A stretch of DNA of 64,000 nt from Gammaproteobacteria bacterium (GCA_965247265.1 OZ252002.1:1962565-2026564); one strand, 5' to 3'; shown: positions 51,245-61,330, counted from the first letter of the stretch. Notes: generated by a model from the letters alone, not told the origin. Translations and numbers: made by a program.

Positions 51245-51517
51245 ATGGCGAATAATCCTGAAACTGGCTTTATACGTGTAAAGCATATAGTTGGCGACCC
51301 AAATGCAGAGCCACCAATACCCGCAATTACCCCTGTTTCAAAATCCACTTGGTGGGACGGTGTCAAAACAGGCCACTTCCCACAGCCTGTGAAACTTGGC
51401 GTTAATACTACAGCGTGGCGAGCTGAAGACATTCGGAAAAGGAGTTTAAAACAAGCTGGGTTGGATAATTCAAAAACAAGATGTTTAATGTCCGCTAACG
51501 ACCCAAAGCGGACATAG
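51245..51517 (+). CDS. alpA: AlpA-family phage regulatory protein (excisionase-like DNA-binding)
   Basis: ...ITPVSKSTWWDGVKTGHFPQPVKLGVNTTAWRAEDI.... The C-terminus is encoded by a REP-like element. Confidence 0.65.
   Translation: MANNPETGFIRVKHIVGDPNAEPPIPAITPVSKSTWWDGVKTGHFPQPVKLGVNTTAWRAEDIRKRSLKQAGLDNSKTRCLMSANDPKRT
51488..51515. repeat. REP-like palindrome, subfamily b (ATGTCCGCTAACGACCCAAAGCGGACAT)
   Basis: 9-bp perfect stem, 10-nt loop. Identical cores at 55196 and 56114. Confidence 0.6.
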
Positions 51518-51688
51518 GAACTAGTTCAAGACTTGGTTGGCCCAGTCTGAATTGGTTGATTCTTGTTGCGAGGTATTTTGTACAAATAAGGCGTACACTT
51601 CACATCCCTTTCATATCGTTTCTATCGAGTCTGTCGGCAATCCTGCCCACACCCTCTTGAGCGGTTATCAAACCTTTAGGAGGTTACT

Positions 51689-51970
51689 ATGGGCAATAAA
51701 CTTTACATCGGAAATTTACCGTACTCAGCAAATCAACAAACACTTCAGGACGCATTTGGCAAGTGTGGCACAGTCGATTCGGTTAATGTAATCATGGATC
51801 GTCAAACTGGTCAGAGCAAAGGCTTTGGTTTTGTCGAGATGTCGAGTAGTGCCGAGGCGCAAAAGGCTATCCAAGAAATCAATGGATCTAGCATTGACGG
51901 GCGCGAGGTAAAAGTCAATGAGGCAAAACCCAAAGAGAAGAGATCTGGCGGCGGTGGAAAGCGCTGGTAA
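51689..51970 (+). CDS. RRM-domain RNA-binding protein (93 aa)
   Basis: RNP-2 LYIGNL, RNP-1 KGFGFVEM, glycine-rich tail. Confidence 0.75.
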   Translation: MGNKLYIGNLPYSANQQTLQDAFGKCGTVDSVNVIMDRQTGQSKGFGFVEMSSSAEAQKAIQEINGSSIDGREVKVNEAKPKEKRSGGGGKRW

Positions 51971-52059
51971 GCACTATCCGCTTAACATGTGATGATTTTA
52001 AGACATCATATTCTATTCAGCTTCGAGCTAGTGCACGAAGTCTGTTTAAGTGAACACGC

Positions 52060-52326
52060 ATGACAGATGAACCCTCAGTGGTTCGTAAACAGTACGAGAT
52101 CGTATCGATCCTGCGAACAGTGTCACCGCCCGGTGCGGATGGCTCTGATTGGCACCGTTATGAGATTGCATATGGCACGAATATCATCAACGGTTACAAA
52201 CAAGGAAGTCTCGACGCCGTGACAACAGCAGTGGAAGTAAATGTCGCCCAATTAAACGAACGCCAACGGGGCAATTGTGGCCACGTTAACATTTGGCCGT
52301 CGTCGAAAAATAAACCCAGCAACTGA
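52060..52326 (+). CDS. hypothetical protein (88 aa)
   Basis: ORF followed by a REP-like element. Confidence 0.3.
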   Translation: MTDEPSVVRKQYEIVSILRTVSPPGADGSDWHRYEIAYGTNIINGYKQGSLDAVTTAVEVNVAQLNERQRGNCGHVNIWPSSKNKPSN

Positions 52327-52360
52327 CATTTCAGATCGCTGCCGACTGAGTGGTTATGAA

Positions 52361-52388
52361 TGACCGCTATTGGCCGAAAGCAGACAAA
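52361..52388. repeat. REP-like palindrome, subfamily a (TGACCGCTATTGGCCGAAAGCAGACA)
   Basis: Family consensus. Confidence 0.55.
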
Positions 52389-52504
52389 TCTAATCTTCAG
52401 GTAAATGTTCACTTCCTATACTGTTCAAATCACAAGTTGTGTTTTTTATTTATGTACACAATTGGGTCAATAAATTTGGACAGACCTATTAATTTGAAAA
52501 GTCA

Positions 52505-53008
52505 TTAGTTATTAATTATTAATTTAATTGTGACGGGCATTTTATTGTCGCCCGAAAAATATGACTTGACGGCGATACGAAATCTAGAAACATCTATACC
52601 AAGGTAAGTACCTTTTATACGTTTCATCTTTTCAAGTCCTTCAGTCGCCATGCGCTTTGCAACATCGTTAAATCCCTGGAATTTCTTAAGATGGGCGGCA
52701 GAGATCTGGATCAAGCCCTGTATAAACAACCCCGTTTCGGTTTGTCTTCCTGCTGCGACCCAGACTACTTCAAGTGCTTCATGCGCCTCCCACCAATAAC
52801 CGTAATTGAATAAATCGATACCATATAAATACTCATTACAAGATTGCCACTGCTTGTTTTCAAATGATGTGAGCTTTTCTAAAGGTTTCTCATATGAATG
52901 TCCATTTGGATCGCGGGTCGGATGCGGTGATTTTTTTGGAATAAAACGATATGGCGGAAATGGTCGGTCAGTGTAACGAGAGGTAGATTTTTTTACAGGT
53001 GACTTCAT
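52505..53008 (-). CDS. DUF309-domain protein
   Basis: ...LFNYGYWWEAHEALEVVW...GLIQISAAHL.... The true start is probably MKSPVKK; the longer ORF overlaps the upstream gene. Confidence 0.45.
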   Translation of the reverse strand: MKSPVKKSTSRYTDRPFPPYRFIPKKSPHPTRDPNGHSYEKPLEKLTSFENKQWQSCNEYLYGIDLFNYGYWWEAHEALEVVWVAAGRQTETGLFIQGLIQISAAHLKKFQGFNDVAKRMATEGLEKMKRIKGTYLGIDVSRFRIAVKSYFSGDNKMPVTIKLIINN

Positions 53009-53022
53009 TTTTGCAGGATAAA

Positions 53023-54702
53023 TTAATTCAGGTGCCAATAAGCAGGTAGTGGCTGTAGACGAGGATCGTCTACTGGTGCACCGACAGTAAAATGGTACAA
53101 ACTCTGCCAACTGTGATCACTAATGCCAAGTACCTCATGCATGGCATCATCAAAAAAGCAGCCGATCCCTGTAGATCGAATTCCAGCTGCTTCGGCTTCC
53201 AGGTACAGGATTTGTCCTATCAATCCCGTTTCCCAAAACAGACGCGTATAAAATAATGCACCGTGTTGTTCAAGACTGGCATCGAACTCCGCCAGCATCC
53301 CCAGTGCAAAGGCACCGTCTGCAGCAATATCTTGATGACAACTAATTATTTTTGCGACCTCACATGCATCGGCTTCTTGTAGCATATACAGAGGGAGAAT
53401 CTCTGGACAACCTTCGGGTTTTTTCCAACATAGCTCAGAACGCAATGACTTTTTTAAAGAAGGTTCGTGACTAGGATCGCGAACGAGCATATACAATCCA
53501 GTTGGTAAATCTTCTACACGGTGAACGAAAATTGCGAGTGAAACGGTTGCCTGCCAAGGCAGTACTTCTATTATATTTTTTCCCATATGCGGAGAGGCAT
53601 GTGCCATCATTCTATAAAAGGTATCTTTACTAATCGTGTTACGCCCATCCATCGCCAGTGCGCTTCGACGTTCCCTTATAATTTTTCGCGCTGATATTTG
53701 CCTGTCTTCAACAAATTCAATTTTATTATTATGTTCTATTAGTGAATACAATTTGTGATCCAATGGACAATGACTATCGAAACGGCATGCTTCAGCAACG
53801 CGCTCAATGATCGGCCAATCATGATGATCATTACTTAATGTATTTGGACAACCTTCAAATTCGATTGTTTTAAGCCGTTCAAGTAATGCAGTAGAGAGAT
53901 TAACGATGTGATCTGTTAGTGTTATGCCTTCATCAAACGGGAAAATTGCGAGCAGGCAATCTGGATGTTCCGCCTCGATGCCTTCTTGTTGGCGCAGCCC
54001 TAATAGCGTTTCTAGTTCGTCATCAGTTACAGAGTTTATCAACTTGGTTTTCCAACCGAGTGCCGCTGCGGCAAAAGTAACTGCACCAATCGCATGTCCA
54101 ACATCGTGATGACAATAACGAAAGGCACGTTCACCATATTTCCATGATTCACGCCAATAGATCGAGGTCAGTGAAATTAACAGGGAATCTGTTGGTAGAT
54201 TCTGGCTTATGGCATTCCATTCCGTATTCGTCAGGATGGCTCGATTTTCTAATGCATGTTCTTGGGTAGAATAATGGTAGACAGCTGTTGCTTCACTTAA
54301 ATCTTCTATGGGACCAGCTATTAAATACGCTTCAGTGGGATGGAGATTGCCGCTTGAAGGATTAACACGTAAGGACCAGCGATTCCCGCCCGCCTGTTTC
54401 CAGGCAGAGATTGCGAGGCTCTCGTATAAGAGATGACTGATTGAATCCCTATTTATTGGGGCCACAGGTTCCTTACATGTATTAAATAATGAGTCATAGG
54501 TTGGTGTTTCAGTGATCTGCGGATGGTCAAGTGGAATTGTTAATGATGGGTTGTAACGCCGGAATGGATCGGGTTGACTCTTCCAGTCCAGGTAGCCCAA
54601 TGAACGTGAGTAGCGTTGAAGTTGATGCTTAGTTTGATTGTGATACTCGTATACGAGATCAAGTTTAGTGGTGTTACGATGATTCTTGGACATTTTTGTC
54701 AA
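53023..54702 (-). CDS. SagB/ThcOx-family dehydrogenase (tandem nitroreductase-like domains, 559 aa)
   Basis: N-terminal YHxxTKH signature (VYEYHNQTKHQLQRY) and two nitroreductase-like halves. Confidence 0.55.
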   Translation of the reverse strand: MTKMSKNHRNTTKLDLVYEYHNQTKHQLQRYSRSLGYLDWKSQPDPFRRYNPSLTIPLDHPQITETPTYDSLFNTCKEPVAPINRDSISHLLYESLAISAWKQAGGNRWSLRVNPSSGNLHPTEAYLIAGPIEDLSEATAVYHYSTQEHALENRAILTNTEWNAISQNLPTDSLLISLTSIYWRESWKYGERAFRYCHHDVGHAIGAVTFAAAALGWKTKLINSVTDDELETLLGLRQQEGIEAEHPDCLLAIFPFDEGITLTDHIVNLSTALLERLKTIEFEGCPNTLSNDHHDWPIIERVAEACRFDSHCPLDHKLYSLIEHNNKIEFVEDRQISARKIIRERRSALAMDGRNTISKDTFYRMMAHASPHMGKNIIEVLPWQATVSLAIFVHRVEDLPTGLYMLVRDPSHEPSLKKSLRSELCWKKPEGCPEILPLYMLQEADACEVAKIISCHQDIAADGAFALGMLAEFDASLEQHGALFYTRLFWETGLIGQILYLEAEAAGIRSTGIGCFFDDAMHEVLGISDHSWQSLYHFTVGAPVDDPRLQPLPAYWHLN

Positions 54703-54849
54703 GCCGATTATTTAGACAGTACGCATTCAAATACTGCATTCGACATCACTAATATACTCTAGTCAAGTGACCACTTTTCAGCCGAAAGCAGGCGTTTTAT
54801 AATTACATTTTGTGCAATATAAAAATGCACAGGCCCTTCGTAGCAGAGG

Positions 54850-55164
54850 GTGTTTATGATCGACACAGAAAAGCTTTCTCGAATCTCAGATTATCTAAAA
54901 TCTATTTGGCTATCAGATAATGTTGAATACGAATATCTGACAAGCAGAGAATTACATAAATTTACATTTACAGGACCTGGCCACAAACAAGCTTTTTTAG
55001 TAAGCGATACTTATCTCAGTGATCACAGAATAGACGTAATACTAACTGATATGGATACTCGGCATGTTGAAGACATATTAATGAGTAGAAATAGTCACAA
55101 TGAGTATTATCTGGGTTACAACTCAAGCGGTGCAGTTACATTTTCCGTAGTAGAGAAAGAGTGA
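54850..55164 (+). CDS. hypothetical protein (104 aa)
   Basis: ORF in a small-gene array. No domain recognised. Confidence 0.3.
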   Translation: MFMIDTEKLSRISDYLKSIWLSDNVEYEYLTSRELHKFTFTGPGHKQAFLVSDTYLSDHRIDVILTDMDTRHVEDILMSRNSHNEYYLGYNSSGAVTFSVVEKE

Positions 55165-55195
55165 GGCCGTGGGAAATGAGGAAGAAGTAAAATGT

Positions 55196-55223
55196 ATAAC
55201 CGCTAACGACCCAAAGCGGACAT
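55196..55223. repeat. REP-like palindrome, subfamily b
   Basis: ATAACCGCTAACGACCCAAAGCGGACAT. Confidence 0.55.
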
Positions 55224-55253
55224 TATAGTTAAAAAATTTATTTTAAAATTCCT

Positions 55254-55544
55254 ATGAATGAAATAAATAAGTTGTGGGAAGAATTTCAGAATATACCATT
55301 CCCGAAGGACTTAGCAGGAGAAGAAATTGACGGAGTTGATTTAATGTCGATTGATACTTTTGCTGCTAGTTGTATAAGTACTTATATAGAGAATCGAGGT
55401 AAATTAGATAATCATAGGCACGCTGTATTACGAGAATGCATGTCTGATTTAGATAAAGTAATAAATAAAATCAGAGAGGAAGGAGAAAAATCGTTCTCGC
55501 TTCTATATAAATTAGGGACAATGATTCTAGATGAGCTTAAATGA
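55254..55544 (+). CDS. hypothetical protein (96 aa); the TGA stop lies inside a REP-like element
   Basis: ...DELK-TGA-CCGCAATTGGCCGAAAGCAGACAC. Confidence 0.3.
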   Translation: MNEINKLWEEFQNIPFPKDLAGEEIDGVDLMSIDTFAASCISTYIENRGKLDNHRHAVLRECMSDLDKVINKIREEGEKSFSLLYKLGTMILDELK

Positions 55545-55568
55545 CCGCAATTGGCCGAAAGCAGACAC
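55542..55568. repeat. REP-like palindrome, subfamily a
   Basis: TGACCGCAATTGGCCGAAAGCAGACAC. Confidence 0.55.
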
Positions 55569-55597
55569 ACGCTTTAAAAATTATGGTTAGATGCTAG

Positions 55598-56116
55598 ATG
55601 GGTAATATTTTATACGCAGCATATGGTTCAAATCTTCACCCAATACGATTATCGGAACGTGTTCCATCAGCAAAATTCTTAGGAAAAGGGATTCTTAATA
55701 AAAAGGTTCTTCGATTTCATAAACTCAGCAAAGATGGTTCCGGGAAATGCAATATTGTTAATGACGACAAACAGAACATCTATCTTGCAGTATATAAAAT
55801 AGATCCATCTGAAAAACTGTTATTGGATAATATTGAAGGCGTTGGATATGGCTACCGAACTGAAGAAGTTAAGGTAGCTGGTTTTGGTACATGTTTCACC
55901 TACATTGCGCAGGAATCTCATATAGTCGACTCACTCAACCCTTACACGTGGTATAAGGAGTTGGTCCTTGTCGGATGTATAAATTTGGAGTTCCCACCAG
56001 ATTATATTGAACGAATTCGTGATGTTGAGGCTGATGTTGATATAGATAAGCAAAGACATTCAAAACACATGCAGTTGGTCGCGAATGCAAAAAATAATCA
56101 TATAGATTTTTTATGA
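55598..56116 (+). CDS. gamma-glutamyl cyclotransferase-like (AIG2/GGCT fold) protein
   Basis: N-terminus LYAAYGSNLHPIRL matches the YGSNL signature. The stop TGA is the first three bases of a REP-like element. Confidence 0.45.
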   Translation: MGNILYAAYGSNLHPIRLSERVPSAKFLGKGILNKKVLRFHKLSKDGSGKCNIVNDDKQNIYLAVYKIDPSEKLLLDNIEGVGYGYRTEEVKVAGFGTCFTYIAQESHIVDSLNPYTWYKELVLVGCINLEFPPDYIERIRDVEADVDIDKQRHSKHMQLVANAKNNHIDFL

Positions 56117-56140
56117 CCGCTAACGACCCAAAGCGGACAT
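56114..56140. repeat. REP-like palindrome, subfamily b
   Basis: TGACCGCTAACGACCCAAAGCGGACAT. Confidence 0.55.
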
Positions 56141-56214
56141 TTTATAATTGAAAAGTCGTTTCTTTAAGCCAGTAAAGTAGCTTAATTATCTTCTGCATTA
56201 AATACCGCTGTGAC

Positions 56215-56463
56215 GTGCTGATAAGAGAGTGTTACGAGAGTTTGTATTACCTACCCAAACAAAAGCGTATCATTTTAATTGTGGATGCTATACGCAGACA
56301 AAGAAGAAAGTGTAAAGTGCAAAGTTATTCGCCTACATTTGAATTATGGTTCAACAAACTCATTGCAGTGATGGATCAGCTAGGAGCTGCCGAGTACTCG
56401 TATGAAACGATCAGGAAAGCGGCACACAATCCTTTACTAACTTATTACAGTGACGGTTACTGA
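56215..56463 (+). CDS. hypothetical protein (82 aa)
   Basis: ORF only. Confidence 0.25.
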   Translation: MLIRECYESLYYLPKQKRIILIVDAIRRQRRKCKVQSYSPTFELWFNKLIAVMDQLGAAEYSYETIRKAAHNPLLTYYSDGY

Positions 56464-56465
56464 AC

Positions 56466-56663
56466 GTGATGAAACAATTACAGAATTGCAGAGCGTGCAA
56501 ACACCATGAAAAAATCTTGAACAGCACGCATATTAACTGCGCCAGCGTCAAAGCCAGCCCTACACCCATGACGCGTGCAAGCAATTCAAATTATTGGAAC
56601 TGGCCAACCGATTTTGATCCGATCTGGTTACAAAGTTGCAATGATTTTAAAAAAGGACGTTAA
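56466..56663 (+). CDS. hypothetical Cys-rich small protein (65 aa)
   Basis: CRACKHH...C...C pattern. Confidence 0.25.
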   Translation: MMKQLQNCRACKHHEKILNSTHINCASVKASPTPMTRASNSNYWNWPTDFDPIWLQSCNDFKKGR

Positions 56664-56690
56664 TTTAGTTTAAAAAAATAGCAAGAAAAT

Positions 56691-57498
56691 GGCACTAGTT
56701 GAGACGGTACTGACAAGTTAACTTTCATGCGTCTGCGAGTTCCAGTAAATACATATTCTATAATGCCGTAACGCAATTCCAAGACGCAAAGGCGTTCTCT
56801 CTAAATATTCGGTAATGCTTTGCTGATACTAAATGACGACCAAGATTGAACAGATTGTATACCGCTGCATGAGCATTTAAAAATCGTTGCGCTTGTTGCA
56901 TCGATTTGAATCGCCGCATGCCTCGCTCTCGAACGCGTGTCGGTTGACGTGAAACTTCGGCTCGGTTATTCGCATACTGAGTGGTATCGTGAATGGACTC
57001 TGGAATGAGTTCTCGGTGCGCGACACCATAACTTCTCAATTTATCCGTCACGATCTTTCTGGGCTCACTGCCATGCTTTTTTATTAGGCGCTTGAAAAAA
57101 TGCTTGGCTGCTTTACCATCGCGCCGTGCCTGTAAAAATACATCGACAACTTCGCCATCCTGGTCCACTGCACGCCACAAGTATTTCTGTTGTCCATGAA
57201 TCTTAACGAAAACTTCATCTATATAAAGTGTATCGCCATACCCTCGGTGTCGACGCTTCAATTGCCTGGCGTATTGAGGACCAAATTTGTTACACCACAA
57301 ACGAATGGACTCATAGCTGACTTCAACGCCTCGTTCAGTTAACAGATCTTCAATATCGCGATGACTTACATTGAATCGATAGTAAAGCCATACAGCATAT
57401 TGAATAATTTCAGAAGGAAAGCGATGACGTTTATATGAACTGATTGATGTATTCATCTAGACATTGTCGCGCAGATGCACTTAACTTGTCAGTACCGT
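56691..57498 (-). mobile_element. IS6-family insertion sequence (IS26-like)
   Basis: Transposase flanked by inverted repeats ACGGTACTGACAAGTTAA (56704-56721) and TTAACTTGTCAGTACCGT (57481-57498). The left flank GGCACTAGTTGAG resembles the IS26 terminus. Confidence 0.7.
56758..57456 (-). CDS. IS6-family DDE transposase (232 aa)
   Basis: MNTSISSYKRHRFPSEIIQYAVWLYYRFNVSHRDIEDLL...LYIDEVFVKIHGQQKYLWRAVDQDG.... Confidence 0.8.
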   Translation of the reverse strand: MNTSISSYKRHRFPSEIIQYAVWLYYRFNVSHRDIEDLLTERGVEVSYESIRLWCNKFGPQYARQLKRRHRGYGDTLYIDEVFVKIHGQQKYLWRAVDQDGEVVDVFLQARRDGKAAKHFFKRLIKKHGSEPRKIVTDKLRSYGVAHRELIPESIHDTTQYANNRAEVSRQPTRVRERGMRRFKSMQQAQRFLNAHAAVYNLFNLGRHLVSAKHYRIFRENAFASWNCVTAL

Positions 57499-57854
57499 AA
57501 GCAGACATTAAAAAAATATTTATAAAAAAATATAAAAATATATTTTGAGGGTGACACTAAAGCCTAGATTTAGCAGACCCCGATCGGATGCACTCCCACC
57601 TTTCTAAATAGACACAACTCTAGATTAAAAACTCCACCACATGCGCAAACCCATGAAGTCGAAATCCCCAGCAGTGGGAAGATCGAATTGCGCGAGCAAA
57701 TCATACTTATATATAAGTAGCCGACCACATGTGCAGATCAATGTTAAAATGCTGACAAAGACTCAGAAATTAAAAGAGACTTGTATATAGATACGTATAT
57801 AGAGATTATCTATGAAGTATATATTTATATATATCATACAGTTGTAGTTGTATC

Positions 57855-57868
57855 TGGCGGAGAGTGAG
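57855..57868 (+). repeat. candidate att direct repeat TGGCGGAGAGTGAG (partner of 48926-48939)
   Basis: 14/15 identity. Preceded at 57781-57810 by two ACGTATATAG repeats that also occur at 49051-49082. Confidence 0.4.
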
Positions 57869-58100
57869 GGATTCGATACATCTCGCACTATTTAGCCCCT
57901 AATATGTTCAATCACTTATATTAGCTTCCTCAGAGCATAGTTGTATTTGATGGGGCTGGATGGGGGGTAAACGCGACAGATTTCGTGACACCTCAATAAG
58001 CACTTACTACCCATATATTAGATTCTGAATATCACTACCTCAGAAATATAATTTCCACAACGAGGACATTTCATGAACGGCTATGATAGCTTGTCAGATC

Positions 58101-58685
58101 ATGTGTGGCCGCTTTTCACTAGATCATTATCCTAAGTCCATCATCGATGCATTAGATGTGGGCCCTGTTCAATTTTCCCCTCGAACACAAGTCTATCCGA
58201 CCCAGCAAGTCGATGTCATTTTCCGTAGCGATTACGGTAACGAAGTTGCTGGAATGACATGGGGTTGGGAACGACCATTCACCAAAAGACCATTAATTAA
58301 TGCCCGTGGATTCGATGCATGGGAAAAACGTACATGGTCTAAAGCCATGCGTGAACGTCGTTGCATAATTCCTACAAGTGGATTCTTTGAGTGGAATGAG
58401 AATCAACCAAAAGGTAATCGGGACCGTTACAGAATAAATCCAACGTTTGATGATGGCTTTGCATTTGGTGGATTGTATGAAATCAATTCCGAATCAGGCG
58501 AAATGTTTACATCTATTCTTACAACAGATCCAAATAAAAAGATGGCAAAGATCCATCATCGTATGCCTGTAATCCTAGATAATCATGAATATGACAATTG
58601 GTTTAAGTCAGATGATCGAGAATTGATTAATCATCTAATGAGCCCTGCAAATGAAAAATGGATAGAAGTAGTAAAAGGTATATGA
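58101..58685 (+). CDS. yedK: SOS-response-associated peptidase (SRAP/YedK, abasic-site processing)
   Basis: MCGRFSL... N-terminus with catalytic Cys2. About 195 aa. Confidence 0.75.
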   Translation: MCGRFSLDHYPKSIIDALDVGPVQFSPRTQVYPTQQVDVIFRSDYGNEVAGMTWGWERPFTKRPLINARGFDAWEKRTWSKAMRERRCIIPTSGFFEWNENQPKGNRDRYRINPTFDDGFAFGGLYEINSESGEMFTSILTTDPNKKMAKIHHRMPVILDNHEYDNWFKSDDRELINHLMSPANEKWIEVVKGI

Positions 58686-58940
58686 ACTATTTCTGTTTGC
58701 AGTCCCTTATTGAGAATATGTAATGGATATTGGCCAGCTTATAACATTAGTCTTAATGCTCATGTTTGCAGCTTATATTTGTTTAGGAAAAAGTAATGAA
58801 TATAGAAACGCAATTATTAGTCTATTTAATATTGTTGATGTTATCTGACACCGTAATTCCATTACCAATTACAGCGAGCATATTATTTTTTGTCGTATTA
58901 AAGCGTCCTGAATGGTTTAGAGATTTATATCATCAAGTAT

Positions 58941-59390
58941 ATGAATAAGTTCTTGCCACTCATTTTAATTGTATGCGCAACGATATATTTTTATCCGATT
59001 ACTTCCTTAGCGCAAAAATTCGATCCTGATAGCGAAGAAGGCAAAGCCTTTAATAATGAATCTAGTGAATTTGTTACCTGCTCCAGCTTTTATGGAGTGC
59101 TTAATGAAGCCGCAAAAAGATCCGAGAGTGAAGATGCGGCTGAATTAGCTGTCAAGTCAGTACATTTCAGTGAAGAGGCTTTTGATTATGCTTTACTTTA
59201 TGCTGAGACAACGCGTAGTGAAGATCTAGCAATGAAAGTTACGCTCGCAAGACTTAAGTTGGAAATAGATGATATGAAAAAAGAAATTGAAGGAGATTTT
59301 AGCAACACACCTATTCTAATGGCCAAATATCTTGAACCATGCAAGGAAAAAATGGAACACCCTACTGCTGTTATTGAAAAGTGGCAATAA
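58941..59390 (+). CDS. secreted hypothetical protein (149 aa)
   Basis: Signal peptide MNKFLPLILIVCATIYFYPITSLA. Confidence 0.35.
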   Translation: MNKFLPLILIVCATIYFYPITSLAQKFDPDSEEGKAFNNESSEFVTCSSFYGVLNEAAKRSESEDAAELAVKSVHFSEEAFDYALLYAETTRSEDLAMKVTLARLKLEIDDMKKEIEGDFSNTPILMAKYLEPCKEKMEHPTAVIEKWQ

Positions 59391-59496
59391 ATAACATAAA
59401 TTTAAACATATTTTATTTTGGATTAGCACTATGCGTCTAATCCCACTCATTTTAATTTATTTGCAACATCTACGTTGTGATTTAGCGAGGTAGCTT

Positions 59497-59682
59497 ATGT
59501 GCAATTACGATCTAATTGAATATTATCAACTATTACAAGAAGACTCTGAAAAAATTGATAAAGAATTATCAAAGCTAGACGATATAATTAGTGAAATACA
59601 TCGCGATAATTCTTTGGAAACAAGTTACGCAGAGAAACTAACAGAAACGGCCAGATTACAAACAAAATTCCAGGAGTCGTAA
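59497..59682 (+). CDS. small hypothetical protein (61 aa)
   Basis: Coiled-coil-like. Immediately upstream of the VOC gene. Confidence 0.25.
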   Translation: MCNYDLIEYYQLLQEDSEKIDKELSKLDDIISEIHRDNSLETSYAEKLTETARLQTKFQES

Positions 59683-59684
59683 TC

Positions 59685-60062
59685 ATGCCTAATACTAAAA
59701 GCTATGACATTTTATCAATTAACGCTGTAACACTTGCTACTTCTAATATGATGCAAGCAATAAAGTTTTACAAGAAAATTGGTTTTGTATTGTTTCAAGG
59801 TGGTATAGAGGAAATGTTTACTAGTTTTAAAGTCGGGGAATCACAAATACTAAACATAACAATAGAAAGACCAGATTTTAGAGGTTTATGGTGGGGTCGT
59901 ATAATTTTTTATGTCTCTAATGTTGATATTTTATATCAGCATATTATTAAGCATGGATTAAATCCAGATTTTGCTCCTCGAGATGCTGCGTGGAATGAAC
60001 GCTATTTCCATATTACCGATCCAGATGGTCATGAACTAAGTTTTGCCCAACGAATCACTTAA
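59685..60062 (+). CDS. VOC-family (glyoxalase/bleomycin-resistance fold) protein
   Basis: ...FHITDPDGHELSF... C-terminal VOC signature. Confidence 0.55.
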   Translation: MPNTKSYDILSINAVTLATSNMMQAIKFYKKIGFVLFQGGIEEMFTSFKVGESQILNITIERPDFRGLWWGRIIFYVSNVDILYQHIIKHGLNPDFAPRDAAWNERYFHITDPDGHELSFAQRIT

Positions 60063-60434
60063 TAATTACCTTAATTGTTATGAAAATATTGATAAACCTA
60101 TGCGCATCATCCAATCCTTTAACGACCTTGACCTATTAGAACAACTGTAACCGTACTGCACCGATTGCGGTCACTGTGGGGATGTGGTTGATGAATACTA
60201 CTTAACATAAAATGATTTATTAATAACTGACTTGCTGCACAAGCTTAAATGCAATCAGTGTGGCAGCAAGGATGTAACCTTCAAGCTTGTGTCCAATGAA
60301 GCAATGGCGTTTCTGGATAAGTCTAATGTTGCATTCTTTTCGGATAATTTGAGGACGGCATGAATGCCCGCTTTGGGTCGTAAGCGGTCATTCATTATTC
60401 CTACTAGCTTTTATTTATTACGTCGAACCGTGAT

Positions 60435-60940
60435 TCACTCACAGTTCAATGTTCCCCCCGCAACATTGAGGAAGGCACTCAAAGTCGTGTTATTTACACA
60501 GATGAGATTACCTGCTGCAATGTTCTTCTGGACAAGCGCTTTTGCATTCCTATTTACTGTGATCCTGCCGCTTAAGGTCTCATTTTCAATGACGTTCGCG
60601 GGTTGCATGCTCAAGCACAACGAGATCCCCTGTGAACACGGTGTTGGCGATGACATTAGCAACGGCCGATGCCTTCCTGCCCATCAGTACGAACTACCCG
60701 GATCCTGCCACCAACCTTATTGTTCAGCAGTAAAACGTTATCAGTGTCTCTTATAGTAAGATTTCCCTTGATGGTGCTTGATATAATGGCACAAGAACTT
60801 TCAAGGCTAACTAATAAGTTATTTTCAAATGTTTCATTTTCAAGCACGCCGTCGCCACAACCCTCTGCCATGGCGGCACTTGATGTAATTACCAATAACA
60901 AAGAGACCGCGAAATTTACTATGAGCTGCTTTACTTTCAT
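60435..60940 (-). pseudogene. secreted repeat (beta-helix-like) protein, frameshifted near 60660
   Basis: Signal peptide MKVKQLIVNFAVSLLLVITSSAAMA. Two ORFs with parallel repeat text (LENETFENNLLVSL... / IENETLSGRITVN...). Confidence 0.4.
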
Positions 60941-61330
60941 TATTATTCTCCTCAGCTAACGGAAACTCTAGCTAAATAAGCTAAAAAAGTTCCAGATCAT
61001 AATACCAAAAAACAAAAGCGCTCCACATACGAATGTATAAATAAACAACCTATCAGCAAGTAAGAGTGGGGCTTTTTGTCCCTTCAAGATGATTGATTCG
61101 ATTTTGATCTTTTCTCGGTCTGTAGTCTCTCTCATTCTGATTATTCCCAATCCTTATATTCAGTAAAAAAACACCACTCACACATTAAGATCTTAAGGAA
61201 AAAATATCGAACAATTATTGATTTAGATCAATATAAATTTGAACCCTAAAGCGAGGGAGATAAAACTGTGGCAGCAGAGAAAAAATAAGTTATAAAACTG
61301 ATCTAAAGAAGCGTCTTTTAAATCATAGAA

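Noticed and set aside
51200-56700. Integron-like cassette array (small same-strand ORFs each followed by a palindrome)
   Set aside because: The palindromes are only about 28 bp and lack R''/R' core sites. No IntI-type integrase or attI is present; the adjacent integrase is P4-type. The same palindromes also occur at 94-130 and 458-484 outside the region. REP-like elements are the better explanation.
57841-57900. Possible tRNA or tmRNA at TGGCGGAGAGTGAGGGATTCGAT
   Set aside because: Only the acceptor-3'-strand-like 12-15 nt match a tRNA-Ser end. No T-loop or matching 5' acceptor strand could be folded. Treated as an att-type remnant instead.
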